Origin: an uncultured delta proteobacterium
Lineage (GTDB): Bacteria > Myxococcota_A > Polyangia > Palsa-1104
Length of the DNA stretch: 64,000 nucleotides
Direction: 5' to 3'
NCBI GenBank assembly: GCA_963785725.1
Contig: CAWAWS010000039.1
Location: 608,001 to 672,000 of the forward strand
The notes under the pieces are model-generated. The model saw only the letters and a program-made list of their open reading frames with translations. It was not told where the DNA came from and did no database searches. This document shows positions 48,265-58,444 of the stretch, piece by piece (within the stretch, counting starts at the first letter, position 1; each line of letters begins with the position of its first letter). The position numbers were made by a program, and so were the translations under genes.

Positions 48265-48546
48265 CTGAAGTGATAGAAATATTTCTATCACTTCAGCTCT
48301 CGAATCTCGGGGCTTATCTCGGTGAGTCTTGAGCCGAAGTGATAGAAATATTTCCATCACTTCGTTTTGAACACGTCTCGCCGAGTCTTGGCTACTACCT
48401 GATAGAGATATTTCACTTCAGCTCTCAAGTCTCGAGCTTATCTCGGTGAATCTTGATGACCAAGTAATAGAAATATTTCTATCACTTGGTTTTCCGGCGG
48501 TCCCGCCGAATCCTGGGTTCCAGTGATAGAAATACTTCTATCACTT
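48265..48546. repeat. Array of five AT-rich palindromes (AAGTGATAGAAATATTTCTATCACTT)
   Basis: Copies at 48265-48296 (perfect 32-bp palindrome), 48335-48364, 48400-48420 (degenerate), 48459-48490 and 48522-48546. Confidence 0.9.
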
Positions 48547-48597
48547 CGATTTCGAAGCTGCCGGCGGCGCGAATGTCGTCGACGGAACCTGCGGTCG

Positions 48598-49305
48598 TCA
48601 GCGGATTCTGCGCGGCCGCGACTTCTGCTTACGCGTCTTCGCCCCCGCCGTTTTCGTCGCCTCCGCTCTCGCCGCCTCCGCTCTCACCGGCTGCGGCCAC
48701 GCCTGCACCGCCGCGGCAGCGACGGCCAGCAGACGCTGCCGCGACGCTCCGTCGCGCGCCTGAATCGACATGCCCTCGAACACGGTCATATAAAACGACG
48801 CCAAGCCCGCGATGTCGCAATCGGCCGGCAACTCGCCATCGCTGCGCGCGCGCGCCAGCCGATCGGCGATCGCCGCCTCCGACGCGCGCCGGTAGCTCGC
48901 CAACGCCGCCTGCACCCGCGCCGCCGCCGCGCTACAGCTCAGCGCCGCCAAGATCAGCATGCAGCCGGCCGGATGGCTGGCGTTCGTCAGCTCGCGCGCC
49001 GTCGCCTGCAGCATCTCCGCGATCGCCTCGCGCCCGTCGACGGTCGTCTGCAGCACGCATTCGCCCGTCCCGCCCGGAAGCGCGCGATAGCGGTCCACCG
49101 CCGCCAAAAACAGCTGCTCCTTGTCGCCGAACGCGGCGTACAGGCTCGGCGGCGCGATCTGCATGGCCGTCGTCAGATCCTGCAGTGACGTCGCCTCGTA
49201 GCCGTGGCGCCAAAAGACGAGCATCGCCGCCTCCAGCGCCCGGTCGCGATCGAACGTGCGCGGACGCCCGCGTGTCTTGCCAGCGACGGCATCCGTCTTT
49301 TCCAT
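48598..49305 (-). CDS. TetR family regulator (ComR/NemR-like)
   Basis: RGRPRTFDRD, FWRHGYEATS and PSLYAAFGDKEQLF. Confidence 0.92.
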   Translation of the reverse strand: MEKTDAVAGKTRGRPRTFDRDRALEAAMLVFWRHGYEATSLQDLTTAMQIAPPSLYAAFGDKEQLFLAAVDRYRALPGGTGECVLQTTVDGREAIAEMLQATARELTNASHPAGCMLILAALSCSAAAARVQAALASYRRASEAAIADRLARARSDGELPADCDIAGLASFYMTVFEGMSIQARDGASRQRLLAVAAAAVQAWPQPVRAEAARAEATKTAGAKTRKQKSRPRRIR

Positions 49306-49381
49306 AGCGATCAATACATAATTCACTGGACGCCGCGCCGCAAGCTGTTAGATCCATCTGGCGATTGTTTATCGATCGCTA
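49305..49381. promoter_or_regulatory. Two inverted operator-like sites between the divergent tetR and SDR genes
   Basis: TAGCGATCAATACATAA (49305-49321) closely matches the reverse complement of TTGTTTATCGATCGCTA (49365-49381). Confidence 0.5.
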
Positions 49382-49397
49382 CAGAAAGGCGGTCAAC

Positions 49398-50147
49398 ATG
49401 TCCAAGCAGCTGGCAGGAAAAGTCGCCCTCGTCACCGGTGGTTCGCGCGGGATCGGCGCGGCCACGGCGCGCGCGCTCGCCGACGAAGGCGCGCACGTCG
49501 CCATCACCTACGCGGCGTCGGCCGAGAAAGCGGACGCGGTCGTGCGCGACCTCGAGAGACGCGGCGTGCGTGCGGTCGCCTATCACGCCGATCAAGCGGA
49601 CCGGACGCAGGCCGACGTCGTCGTCAAGGCGGTGATCGAGCGTTTCGGCCGGCTCGATATCCTCGTCAACAACGCCGGCGTCGCCGCTTTCGGCACGCTC
49701 GGCGATCGCGCCTTCGATCAAGCCGCCGTCGACCGACAGTGGGCGGTCAACGTCGCCGGTCTCGCGGCGACCGTGCGCGCGGCGGCGTTGGTGATGGCCG
49801 AAGGCGGGCGCATCATCTCCATCGGCTCGACTGCGGGCCACAAAGTCCCGTTCACCGGCCTGGCCGATTATGCCGCCGGCAAGGCAGCGCTCGTCGGCTA
49901 TAGCAAAGGCTGGGCGCGCGATCTGGGCCCTCGCCAAATCACCGTCAATGTCGTCAGCCCCGGGCCGATCGATACCGATATGAATCCCGCGAATGGCCCA
50001 TTTCAGGACTACGTCAAGAACGCGACGGCGCTTGGACGATATGGACGCGCGGAGGAGCTCGCGGCGGCCGTGGCGTTTCTCGCGAGCCCGTCGGCGTCAT
50101 TCATCACCGGCACGACGCTCGAGGTCGACGGCGGGCAAAACGCCTGA
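49398..50147 (+). CDS. Short-chain dehydrogenase/reductase
   Basis: TGGSRGIG, NNAG, YAAGK and PGPIDTDMNP. Confidence 0.92.
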   Translation: MSKQLAGKVALVTGGSRGIGAATARALADEGAHVAITYAASAEKADAVVRDLERRGVRAVAYHADQADRTQADVVVKAVIERFGRLDILVNNAGVAAFGTLGDRAFDQAAVDRQWAVNVAGLAATVRAAALVMAEGGRIISIGSTAGHKVPFTGLADYAAGKAALVGYSKGWARDLGPRQITVNVVSPGPIDTDMNPANGPFQDYVKNATALGRYGRAEELAAAVAFLASPSASFITGTTLEVDGGQNA

Positions 50148-50155
50148 GCGGCAGC

Positions 50156-50929
50156 CTACGGAAAGTGCAGCTGCTCGTCGGTGACGCGCGCTTTGGCGGC
50201 GAGCGACTTCGACTTACGGCCGACCTCCGTCAATCGTAATCGATTATCGGGCAAGAGCTGATCGAGCTGATATTCGTCCCAGCGTCGCGGCGCCATCGCT
50301 TTCCCGTCATACAGAATCGCCGCGCAATCATCGATACTCCCGACGCCTTCGGAAATCACCGACGGGATATTCGACTCGCCGATCCCATAGAGCAGGAGAT
50401 CGTCGACGCAATTGGGAATCCACTGATCGTGGCGAATACTTTGCGCGACCCGCCGGATGCGCACCGTTGCCACCACTCCATGTTCGCCTGCATTCGCCGC
50501 TGTCGCCGTGACCACGTAATCATAGTGATGCTCATTGACGCGCGGCGAGCGCAACGCCTCTTCGTGCACGAACCAGCCGGCAGCGGTATGCCACGCCAAT
50601 AAGCAGACATACGAATCGGCGCCGCCGCTGCGGACGAGCGTCAGCTGCCTGCCGTCGGTGAACGCGCCATTGGCCAGCGGCTTGAAAGCAAAGGGCGTGC
50701 AAGCCGCGCGATCGACGGCAGCTTCGGCCGGCGCTGCGCAGTGATAGCCGCTCTCGGCGTTGCCGAGCACGTCGACCGATCGAGACCGCAGCGCAGCGCA
50801 ATAGCTCTCGACGGTCGCGAAGGGTCCGGCCAGCTTCGTCGCGTCAGTCGTCTCCGCGCGCGCGGCCGACGGCAGCAGCGCCAGCAAAACCGTCGCAAAG
50901 CAGGCGAAACGATGACGGCGCGTCGTCAT
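50156..50929 (-). CDS. Hypothetical secreted protein
   Basis: Signal peptide ending ARA; several cysteines; no family recognised. Confidence 0.55.
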   Translation of the reverse strand: MTTRRHRFACFATVLLALLPSAARAETTDATKLAGPFATVESYCAALRSRSVDVLGNAESGYHCAAPAEAAVDRAACTPFAFKPLANGAFTDGRQLTLVRSGGADSYVCLLAWHTAAGWFVHEEALRSPRVNEHHYDYVVTATAANAGEHGVVATVRIRRVAQSIRHDQWIPNCVDDLLLYGIGESNIPSVISEGVGSIDDCAAILYDGKAMAPRRWDEYQLDQLLPDNRLRLTEVGRKSKSLAAKARVTDEQLHFP

Positions 50930-51588
50930 ATTCACCCATATGCTAACGCCAACGCCTCGATGTCTGTGCACGATTGTCGATTCGAATCGTGCAGCCGCCG
51001 CCGATCGTTCCCGGAGAGCGCGCTCGCCTATACGCTGCTGCGCAAGATCATGCGTTCCTCGCGAGTCTTTCATTCGCGACATTCTTGGCGCATTTGAGCA
51101 CCGTACTGTTTCAGGCGCGGGTCCTGCCCGACGGGCCATTGCGCCGAATGTTGCTCTGGAATTCCGCGCCTAAGTAAACGGCTGGTTACTCGGGTGCGCT
51201 GACTGAATGACTGACTGACGGTCGGTCACGAATGACTGACCGTCAGTCAGAACGCTTCACGGATATCGAAGCGCCACGTGTCGTTGGCGAGCGCCGTCCG
51301 CTCGACGTGGGCGCGGGCGAGGCAGCGCAAGATCTCGCACTCGATCGTTCACCGGCTATGCCAAGGCACGAAGCGAGCTGGCGCAGTATGAAGCCAAGCT
51401 TCACAAGCAATCGTATTGGTTTGGAGCGCGAGAGTCGAACGGACTCAGGACCGGAATCGCCGGCGGCCAAATCGCGACGCTGAAGTAAATACTTCAGTAT
51501 TAGGGAGTGACGCGCCGAGCTCGGATACTGGCGGTCGATTCCGAATACGCGATATCCGCGCGGTGGTCGTCTCGCGTATGATCGGGGC

Positions 51589-53415
51589 ATGGGTCGCCCT
51601 CGACTGACTGCGGCGTTACTGGTGACGCTGGCCGTCGCCGTGCACGCGCCGACGCTGGGCCACCGCTTCCTGCTCGACGACGGCGTGCAGATCTTCAAGA
51701 ACCGCGCCGTGACCGCGGGCGCGCCGATTGCCGCTTATTTTCTCGATCGCAATACCACGTCGAGCCGCGCCGATTACAACACGCGCATTTATCGTCCGCT
51801 GCGAAATCTCGCGTTTCGTGGCGTCGTAATCGTCGGTGGCGTGCGCCCGGTGGCGTTCGGTGTGGCCAATCTCGGCTTATATGCGGCCGCCGCGCTGCTC
51901 GTCCTCGCGCTTTTGTCGCGTCTGACCGGCGACGCGCGCGCGGCAGCCTGGGCCACGGCGTTATGGATTGTCCTGCCCGTGCACGTTGAAGCGGTGGCTT
52001 ATGCGTCGGCACTGGGGGATTTGCTCTCATTGACGTTGGAGTTGGCGGCGATCGCGATCGCGCTGCCTTTCGTCGATGGCGATCATCGACGTTGGCGCGT
52101 GGCCGCCTCGACGGCGCTCGCGGTGGCGGCGATGTTGGCGAAGGAGATGGCGGTGACCGAGCCGGCGCTCGTCGTCCTCGTCGCGGTCGCGCTCGGCGGT
52201 GACGCGTGGCGGCGACGGCGGCTGGTCGTGCTCGTGGCCGCGCATGGGTTCGCGGCCGTCGGCTATGTCGCTCTGCGCACGCACGTTGTCGGCGCGGTCG
52301 GGCAAGACCCGGTGACGGCGCAGTCGCTGGCAGCCGGTTTGCGTGACGCGCCGTGGCTGCTTATGCATTACGTGTGGATTAGCGTCGTCCCGCTCGGCCA
52401 CGCCGCGTCTTATCGTGTTCCGCCGTCGAGCGCGACGGCATTTGCGCTGTCGCTGGCCGCGCTGGCGGCGACGGCAGTGGCGACTTGGCGTTGGCGCCGG
52501 CCCGTCTTCGTCGGCTTGGCGTGGTTCGCTGTGTCTTTAGCGCCGGTCTTGCATTTAGTCCCGTTGTGGGCCGACTTAGCCGATCGCTTCGCGCTCTTTC
52601 CGACGTTCGGACTGGCATTGGCGCTGGCCGCCGCGATTGCGCCGCTCCATCGTCGGCTCATCCCAGTCTTGATTGTAATGACAGCCGTATATGCATTAGC
52701 CAGTCTTCTAGAAGAGCGGGCTTGGCATTCGGACTCTTCGTTGTGGCGTTATGCGGTCGATCGACAGCCCGATGCGCCGCTCGCGCGCGGAAACCTTGCC
52801 GCGGTTTTGCTCGGCGAAGGGCGCATCGGCGAAGCGGCGGCGCAGCTCGACGCATTGCACGCGCTCGGGTTCACGCGCAGTGATGTCGAGCTCAAGCGCG
52901 CGTATGTGTTGTCGCGCGTCGGTCGCGGGGCCGAGGCGGCGCAGGCGATGGCGGCGTCGTTGCGGCTCGACGCGACGAACGGCGCGGCGCACGCGTTTGC
53001 CGGTCAGCTCGCGTTGGCGGCGGGCGACGCCGGCGCCGCGGCGCGTGAGCTGACGATCGCGCGCGCATCGGCGTCGTCGCATCCGTCGACCGGGCTGCTC
53101 GGTTATGAGCTACTACGGGCACAAGAAGTTGCGCGCGGCGACCGTGCCGCGGATGTGGCGGCGAGCGCTGCGCGCGTCGACTATCTGCGCGCGTTGCAGG
53201 CGCTTACGTTCGACGACGCGGAGGGCGCGGTGCAGGCGGCGCGCGCGTGCTTGGGTCGTTCGCCGGGGCGGCCTCAGTGTCAGGCCGCGCTGGGGCAGGC
53301 GCTGCTGTTGCAAGGCCCGCTCGACGGTGACGCGCGGGCGCTGCTCGATCCTTGCATCGCCGCCGGCGGTCCCGACAGCAGTCGCTGCCAAGAGGCCGAG
53401 TGGGGCGCTCGTTAA
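51589..53415 (+). CDS. GT-C-fold membrane glycosyltransferase with TPRs (TMTC-like)
   Basis: FLLDD, YRPL, PVHVEAVAY, AMLAKE, ADRF and W.SD.SLW motifs followed by TPRs. Confidence 0.8.
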   Translation: MGRPRLTAALLVTLAVAVHAPTLGHRFLLDDGVQIFKNRAVTAGAPIAAYFLDRNTTSSRADYNTRIYRPLRNLAFRGVVIVGGVRPVAFGVANLGLYAAAALLVLALLSRLTGDARAAAWATALWIVLPVHVEAVAYASALGDLLSLTLELAAIAIALPFVDGDHRRWRVAASTALAVAAMLAKEMAVTEPALVVLVAVALGGDAWRRRRLVVLVAAHGFAAVGYVALRTHVVGAVGQDPVTAQSLAAGLRDAPWLLMHYVWISVVPLGHAASYRVPPSSATAFALSLAALAATAVATWRWRRPVFVGLAWFAVSLAPVLHLVPLWADLADRFALFPTFGLALALAAAIAPLHRRLIPVLIVMTAVYALASLLEERAWHSDSSLWRYAVDRQPDAPLARGNLAAVLLGEGRIGEAAAQLDALHALGFTRSDVELKRAYVLSRVGRGAEAAQAMAASLRLDATNGAAHAFAGQLALAAGDAGAAARELTIARASASSHPSTGLLGYELLRAQEVARGDRAADVAASAARVDYLRALQALTFDDAEGAVQAARACLGRSPGRPQCQAALGQALLLQGPLDGDARALLDPCIAAGGPDSSRCQEAEWGAR

Positions 53416-53733
53416 ACAGTGTCGCTTAGGTTGCGAGACAAGCGGAAGCCAGGAAGGCGCGATAAGCCCGCGCAGCATACGTCTTGGTATGTGAATAGGC
53501 ACCGCAGCGGCTGACGCTGGATTACGCGACGGATCACGAGCTCGGCGACACTGTCTAGCTCGGCGAGCAAAGAAGCATCGCCTGCGCGCGATATGCCAGG
53601 GCGCGCGCGCAAACATCCGCTCGCTTCGTAGCGTCGACCGCCGCGGTCACACTCGACGCCACAGTTCAATCACTATCGCACTGTACGCCGTAAATTCACT
53701 TGCTTTTTATAGTGCCTATTTACTTACTGACGC

Positions 53734-54579
53734 ATGGTCAATATGAGCGGTAAGCGAGTCCTCGTCACCGGCGGCACCGCCGGAATTGGTAAGCAGACCG
53801 CGCTCGAGCTGGCGCGGCTCGGGGCCGAGGTCATCATCGTCGGGCGCAACGCGGAGAAGACCGCGGCGGTCGTCGAGGCGCTGCGTCGGGAGACTGGCGC
53901 GGCGACGGTCGATTCGCTGCTCGCCGATCTGTCGTCGATGGCCAGTATTCGCGCGTTCGCGACGGCATTTCTCGCGAAATACGATCGTCTCGACGTCCTC
54001 ATCAACAACGCGGGCGCGCTTTTCGTGAAGCGCGAAGTCACCGTCGATGGTTGGGAGCGGACCTTCGCCACCAATCATTTGGCTTATTTCTTGGTCGCTC
54101 AATTGCTCATGCCGGCGCTCGAACGGGCGACGGGCGCGCGGATCGTCAATGTCGCTTCGGCGGCGCATTCGGCGGCGCCGCTCGACTTCGACGACCTCAT
54201 GGCCGAGCGCACCCGCTATAGCTCGTTTCGTCAGTATGGTCGCAGCAAGCTGGCCAATATCTTCTTCACGCAAGAGCTGGCCCGGCGACTGAGTGATAAA
54301 AATATCACCGTCAACTGTCTGCATCCCGGCTTTGTCGCTTCCGAGTTTCTCGCCAAAGGTGGAATCTGGTCGCTCATCAAGCCGATCGGATATCTGTTTG
54401 CGGTCGACGTGGTGGCCGGCGCGCGCACGAGCGTCTATCTCGCTTCCGCGCCGGAAGTCGCTGGCGTCACCGGCAAATACTTCGACAAGTGCAAAGAGAA
54501 GCAGCCCAGCAAGATCGCCCAGGACGACGCCGCGGCCAGGCGCTTATGGCAGGTGAGCGCGCAGCTCTGCGGCCTCTGA
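53734..54579 (+). CDS. SDR family oxidoreductase (retinol dehydrogenase-like)
   Basis: TGGTAGIG, NNAG, TFATNHL, YGRSKLAN and HPGFV. Confidence 0.92.
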   Translation: MVNMSGKRVLVTGGTAGIGKQTALELARLGAEVIIVGRNAEKTAAVVEALRRETGAATVDSLLADLSSMASIRAFATAFLAKYDRLDVLINNAGALFVKREVTVDGWERTFATNHLAYFLVAQLLMPALERATGARIVNVASAAHSAAPLDFDDLMAERTRYSSFRQYGRSKLANIFFTQELARRLSDKNITVNCLHPGFVASEFLAKGGIWSLIKPIGYLFAVDVVAGARTSVYLASAPEVAGVTGKYFDKCKEKQPSKIAQDDAAARRLWQVSAQLCGL

Positions 54580-54716
54580 AGCTACGGTCGCCTTCAGGCT
54601 TCAGTCCGTAATCGCCTGAATTGTCTCGCTGTCCCCAACGAGAGACAGCGAATCTTCTTCGTTTCGATTCGTATTGCCGCTCGCGTGGAATCCGTTCGTG
54701 ATATGCGAGCAGACGC

Positions 54717-57638
54717 ATGTTCATTCTGCGTCAGAAGCGATTCCTGGCCTTCTGTCTGTTCGCCGCCGTCGTCTGTGCCGTGCCTTTGTTGATCTTGGCG
54801 GCGCGCAATCATCACGACGCGCCGGCCGAGCTCGTGACGATGGCGTTGATCGGTATGTTTTGCGGCTTTGGGCTGGCTGTTTTGATCGCGCTCGTCGTGT
54901 TCGCGGTCTATCGCACGTTCTTTACAGCGGCACCGGCGATAGCCCTCGCGCCTTACGAAGATGTGCTCGCGCGCATGCCGGCCAATTCATTTCTCGATGG
55001 CGAAGCGCGCGGCGGAACGCTCTTTGTCACGCAGCGTCGGCTCATCTTCGTGCCGCATCGCTTCAATTTTCAGCTGACGTCGACGTTCATTCCTTGGGAC
55101 GACGTCCGCGGCTGTCTGCCGGTGCCGGCGACGCCGCTGTCGCATACGATCTTGACGATCGAAATGCGCGACGGTTCGTTGCAGCGGCTCGTCGTTCACA
55201 ATCGGCAGGCGCTGATCGGATATATCGAGCGGATGCGCGTGCTCGTCGAGTCGCAGCGCGCGGTCGCTTCGGGCGTGCTGCTGTTGGCGCTGGGCGTCGG
55301 CGAGCTGGCGAGCCCGTCGTCCACGGCGGCGCCGAATGGCGCGGCGGTGGGACATGCGCGCGCGGCGGCAGTGCGGGCGAACGATGCGGTCGGGTGGGCG
55401 AACGAGGAGGTCGGTCGCGCGAATGATGTGGCCGAGCGCGCCGGGGATTCGCCGCCGGGCGAGCATACGATTGTGTCGGCGACGCGCGCCGGCGATGTGC
55501 CAGTCGGTGGCGAAACGCTCGAAGGAAAGACGGCCGATAGCGAGACGAATGAAAGAAGAACGGCTGATGGCGAAACGGCAGGAAGGACGGGTGACAGCGA
55601 GACGTGCGAAGGAAAGACGGCGGATAGCGACACGCGTGAGGTAAAGACGGTCGTGATGGCCGTTCCGCCGGAAATATCACCATCACCCAGCGTCGGCGAA
55701 CCGACGACGGGCACTGACGAAGCGCGTGAAGATAAGACGGTGGTGACGAACACACCGATAGAAATATCACTATCACCAGACGTCGCAGATCGGGCAGCAC
55801 GCAAGCGGGAGGCGTCGACACATCAACCGGCAGGCGCGGATAAAGTGATAGAAATATCACTATCACCAGACGTCGCAGATCGGGCGGCACGCAAGCGGGA
55901 GGCGCCGACACATCAACCGGCAGGCGCGGATAAAGTGATAGAAATATCACTATCACCAGACGTCGCAGGTCGGGGGGCACGCAAGCGGGAGGCGCCGACA
56001 CATCAACCGGCAGGCGCGAGCGAAGTGATAGAAATATCACTATCACTGTCGCCTATTGGTGCCGGCGCAGCCCTTCCTGGTGGCAATGGACGAAAAAACG
56101 AAGCGGTCGCCTCCAATGTGCCGATAGAAATATCACTATCACTAAGTGGGGCCGAGCGGACGGTGCCCAATCCCGTGGTCGAGCCGGTCGGACATGACGA
56201 ATCGGCGACCATCGTGACCACCCTCTCGCCGCTCGCGCTCGCCGCCGGATTGAAGAGCGAACCGCTCGTGCCGCTGGCGGGCCATTTGCGACGGCTCGTA
56301 GTCTTATTGGAAGACGCATATGCGTTGAAGTTTGGCTATTTCAGAAAACAGCGTCTCGACGCCGCAAGTACGGCGAGCCTGACCAAAGAGGTGCACGACC
56401 TCGCGCAGATCGCATTCGAACGCGCGTTGCGCGTGCGGCCCGGCGAGTGTTTGCGCTGGCTCGATGGGCTGAACGAGCTGCAGCGGCCGGCGTTCATCGA
56501 TTTCGCCGCCTGGCACGCCAAAGCGGCGGCGTTGCCGGCATCGATGGGCGTGCTGCAACTGCCCTCGCCGTCGCCGGAGCTGCACGCCGCTGTCGCCGCG
56601 CTGCGCGACTATCAGCCGGACGCTGTCAGCGCGCCGGCGTCGGCCGATATCATCGAGCAAGTCGCAGAGATGGACGTGCTGCCGGCCGAGTGGCTCGCGT
56701 TCTATCGACTCGCCAATGGAGTGCGAGTGACGTTCGATTCTTACGAGCTCGAGCTTGCGCCGCTCGATCCGAGCCGGAATCTCATGACCGGTTTAACGCT
56801 CTCGCACTGGAGCTCGAAGAAGAATCCCTGGTTCTACACTTACATTGCCCAAACGGACGGGGTCATCGCGCAGACTTCGTGGTCGCGCGGCTGTGAGCAG
56901 CTGGAAAAGCTGGAGCCGCCGCGCCCGGCAGCCGGCTCGCTGGCGCAGTGGTTGACGATGGCGATCGCGCCCGTGCGCTTCGCCGAGCCATCGCGCAAAT
57001 GGTCGCCCGGCCCGTTACTGCCGACGCCAGGCGTGAAACGCTCGCAGCCGCCCAAGATTCGTCGCGCCAAGCCCGCGCCTGACGAGAGCCGGACGCGATC
57101 GGCGCTCGAGGATCTGCTCAACCGTTATCGCTTCAATCCTCATTTGCAATTCGACCGCGCGCTATCCCCACCGAGCGCGCAGGTCATCGACGAGCTGCAG
57201 CGGCGACTCGGTATCGAGCTTCCGCCGGATTATGTCGCGCTGTTGAAGGCATACGGCTGGGCGCACTTCGCGGTCGACGAGGCGGCCTGGCCGCGACCGC
57301 AAGCCGGCGATGGCGGTGAAGCGTGGAGCTTCGAATATGGCGTTCGCTTCTTCGGTGTCGGCGCCGATATTCCCGACGCGCTCAATATCGAGTGTGTATC
57401 AACCGAGTTTATCGCCGAGCAAGGTGACGAAGACGGGCCGAAGCTCGTGCCTTTCTGCACCGTCGAGACTTCGGGCGATTATTATTGTTTCGATGAAGCG
57501 GGCGATATTTTCATCGTTTATTCCGACGAGGCCGAACCGCATCCGGTCGATCACGGGTTCTTGGAGCTGCTCGAACGACAGCTGACGGGATTGACCGAGC
57601 GCGCGCGGAAGAAGCTGGCGAGCGGCTCGACGGGCTGA
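54717..57638 (+). CDS. Membrane protein: GRAM/PH-like domain, repeat linker and SMI1/KNR4 (SUKH) domain(s)
   Basis: Two TM segments and GGTLFVTQRRLIFVPH; LPAEWLAFYRLANG and ELQRRLGIELPPDYVALLKAYG...GDYYCFD match the SUKH pattern. Confidence 0.65.
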   Translation: MFILRQKRFLAFCLFAAVVCAVPLLILAARNHHDAPAELVTMALIGMFCGFGLAVLIALVVFAVYRTFFTAAPAIALAPYEDVLARMPANSFLDGEARGGTLFVTQRRLIFVPHRFNFQLTSTFIPWDDVRGCLPVPATPLSHTILTIEMRDGSLQRLVVHNRQALIGYIERMRVLVESQRAVASGVLLLALGVGELASPSSTAAPNGAAVGHARAAAVRANDAVGWANEEVGRANDVAERAGDSPPGEHTIVSATRAGDVPVGGETLEGKTADSETNERRTADGETAGRTGDSETCEGKTADSDTREVKTVVMAVPPEISPSPSVGEPTTGTDEAREDKTVVTNTPIEISLSPDVADRAARKREASTHQPAGADKVIEISLSPDVADRAARKREAPTHQPAGADKVIEISLSPDVAGRGARKREAPTHQPAGASEVIEISLSLSPIGAGAALPGGNGRKNEAVASNVPIEISLSLSGAERTVPNPVVEPVGHDESATIVTTLSPLALAAGLKSEPLVPLAGHLRRLVVLLEDAYALKFGYFRKQRLDAASTASLTKEVHDLAQIAFERALRVRPGECLRWLDGLNELQRPAFIDFAAWHAKAAALPASMGVLQLPSPSPELHAAVAALRDYQPDAVSAPASADIIEQVAEMDVLPAEWLAFYRLANGVRVTFDSYELELAPLDPSRNLMTGLTLSHWSSKKNPWFYTYIAQTDGVIAQTSWSRGCEQLEKLEPPRPAAGSLAQWLTMAIAPVRFAEPSRKWSPGPLLPTPGVKRSQPPKIRRAKPAPDESRTRSALEDLLNRYRFNPHLQFDRALSPPSAQVIDELQRRLGIELPPDYVALLKAYGWAHFAVDEAAWPRPQAGDGGEAWSFEYGVRFFGVGADIPDALNIECVSTEFIAEQGDEDGPKLVPFCTVETSGDYYCFDEAGDIFIVYSDEAEPHPVDHGFLELLERQLTGLTERARKKLASGSTG
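55520..56145 (+). repeat. In-frame repeats: ~27-bp EGKTADSET units and ~90-bp units carrying GATAGAAATATCACTATCAC (IEISLS)
   Basis: IEISLS-type cores near 55671, 55757, 55847, 55937, 56027 and 56123; three near-identical 90-bp units. Confidence 0.88.
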
Positions 57639-57857
57639 CGTCCGCGCCGCCGGCGGAACGTCGCCGATATTTTGCCGGCAATCCCGCACGTCGATATCGA
57701 GCTCGCACGCGGATATCGTGCCCAAACGATACGCATGCGCTTCGCTTCGCAGCTCGATATATGACCGAGCCGAAGTACGGCGATAGGCATTGTTCTTCTC
57801 GTTGAATCGTCTCTGTCGCTATCGTCACGGCTGCGGCGAAGGCGTTATCATCGGCGC

Positions 57858-58283
57858 ATGCTGCTTGTTGCCGGCGTCGTGGCGGTCGTTCTCGGCGCGC
57901 TCGCCGCGCTGCATTTGTATTGGGCTTTCGGCGGTCAGTCGGGCGCGGCGTCGGCGGTGCCGGAGCGGGATGGCGCACCACTCTTCGTCCCCGGTCCGGC
58001 GGCGTGCACGTTCGTCGCCGCGTTGCTGGCCGGCGCCGCGGCGATCGTGTGGGCCAAGGCGACCGCTTGGTCGCCGCCGTTTCTGCCGCACGCCGCGCTG
58101 ACGGTCGGCACTCTCGCCGTCGCCGTGGCGTTCATCGGTCGCGCCATCGGCGACTTCCGTTGGGTCGGCTTCTTCAAGCGACGGCGCGGCACGCAGTTCG
58201 CCCGCAACGACAGTATGCTTTATTCGCCGCTCTGCCTCGCGCTCGGCGTCGGCGCGCTCATCGTCGCCCTCTCACCGCGCTGA
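57858..58283 (+). CDS. DUF3995-like membrane protein
   Basis: LHLYWAFGG, RAIGDFRWVGFFK and FARND..LYSPLCL. Confidence 0.8.
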   Translation: MLLVAGVVAVVLGALAALHLYWAFGGQSGAASAVPERDGAPLFVPGPAACTFVAALLAGAAAIVWAKATAWSPPFLPHAALTVGTLAVAVAFIGRAIGDFRWVGFFKRRRGTQFARNDSMLYSPLCLALGVGALIVALSPR

Positions 58284-58444
58284 GTCGGCCATCGAATCGC
58301 CAACCTGACGCCTGACGAGTCCCGAGCGGTTGCCTCATTGGCTTAGGGTTCATGGGCCGCGTCGATCCTGCGCGCGATGGCAGAATCTGTTGGCTCGTCC
58401 TCATTCTGCCAGCGCCCGCCGGCAACTGCCGCGTTCGCTCGCCG

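Noticed and set aside
48265..48546. CRISPR array
   Set aside because: The spacers resemble each other (1 with 3, 2 with 4), the repeats are full palindromes with variable ends, and no cas genes are present in the window.
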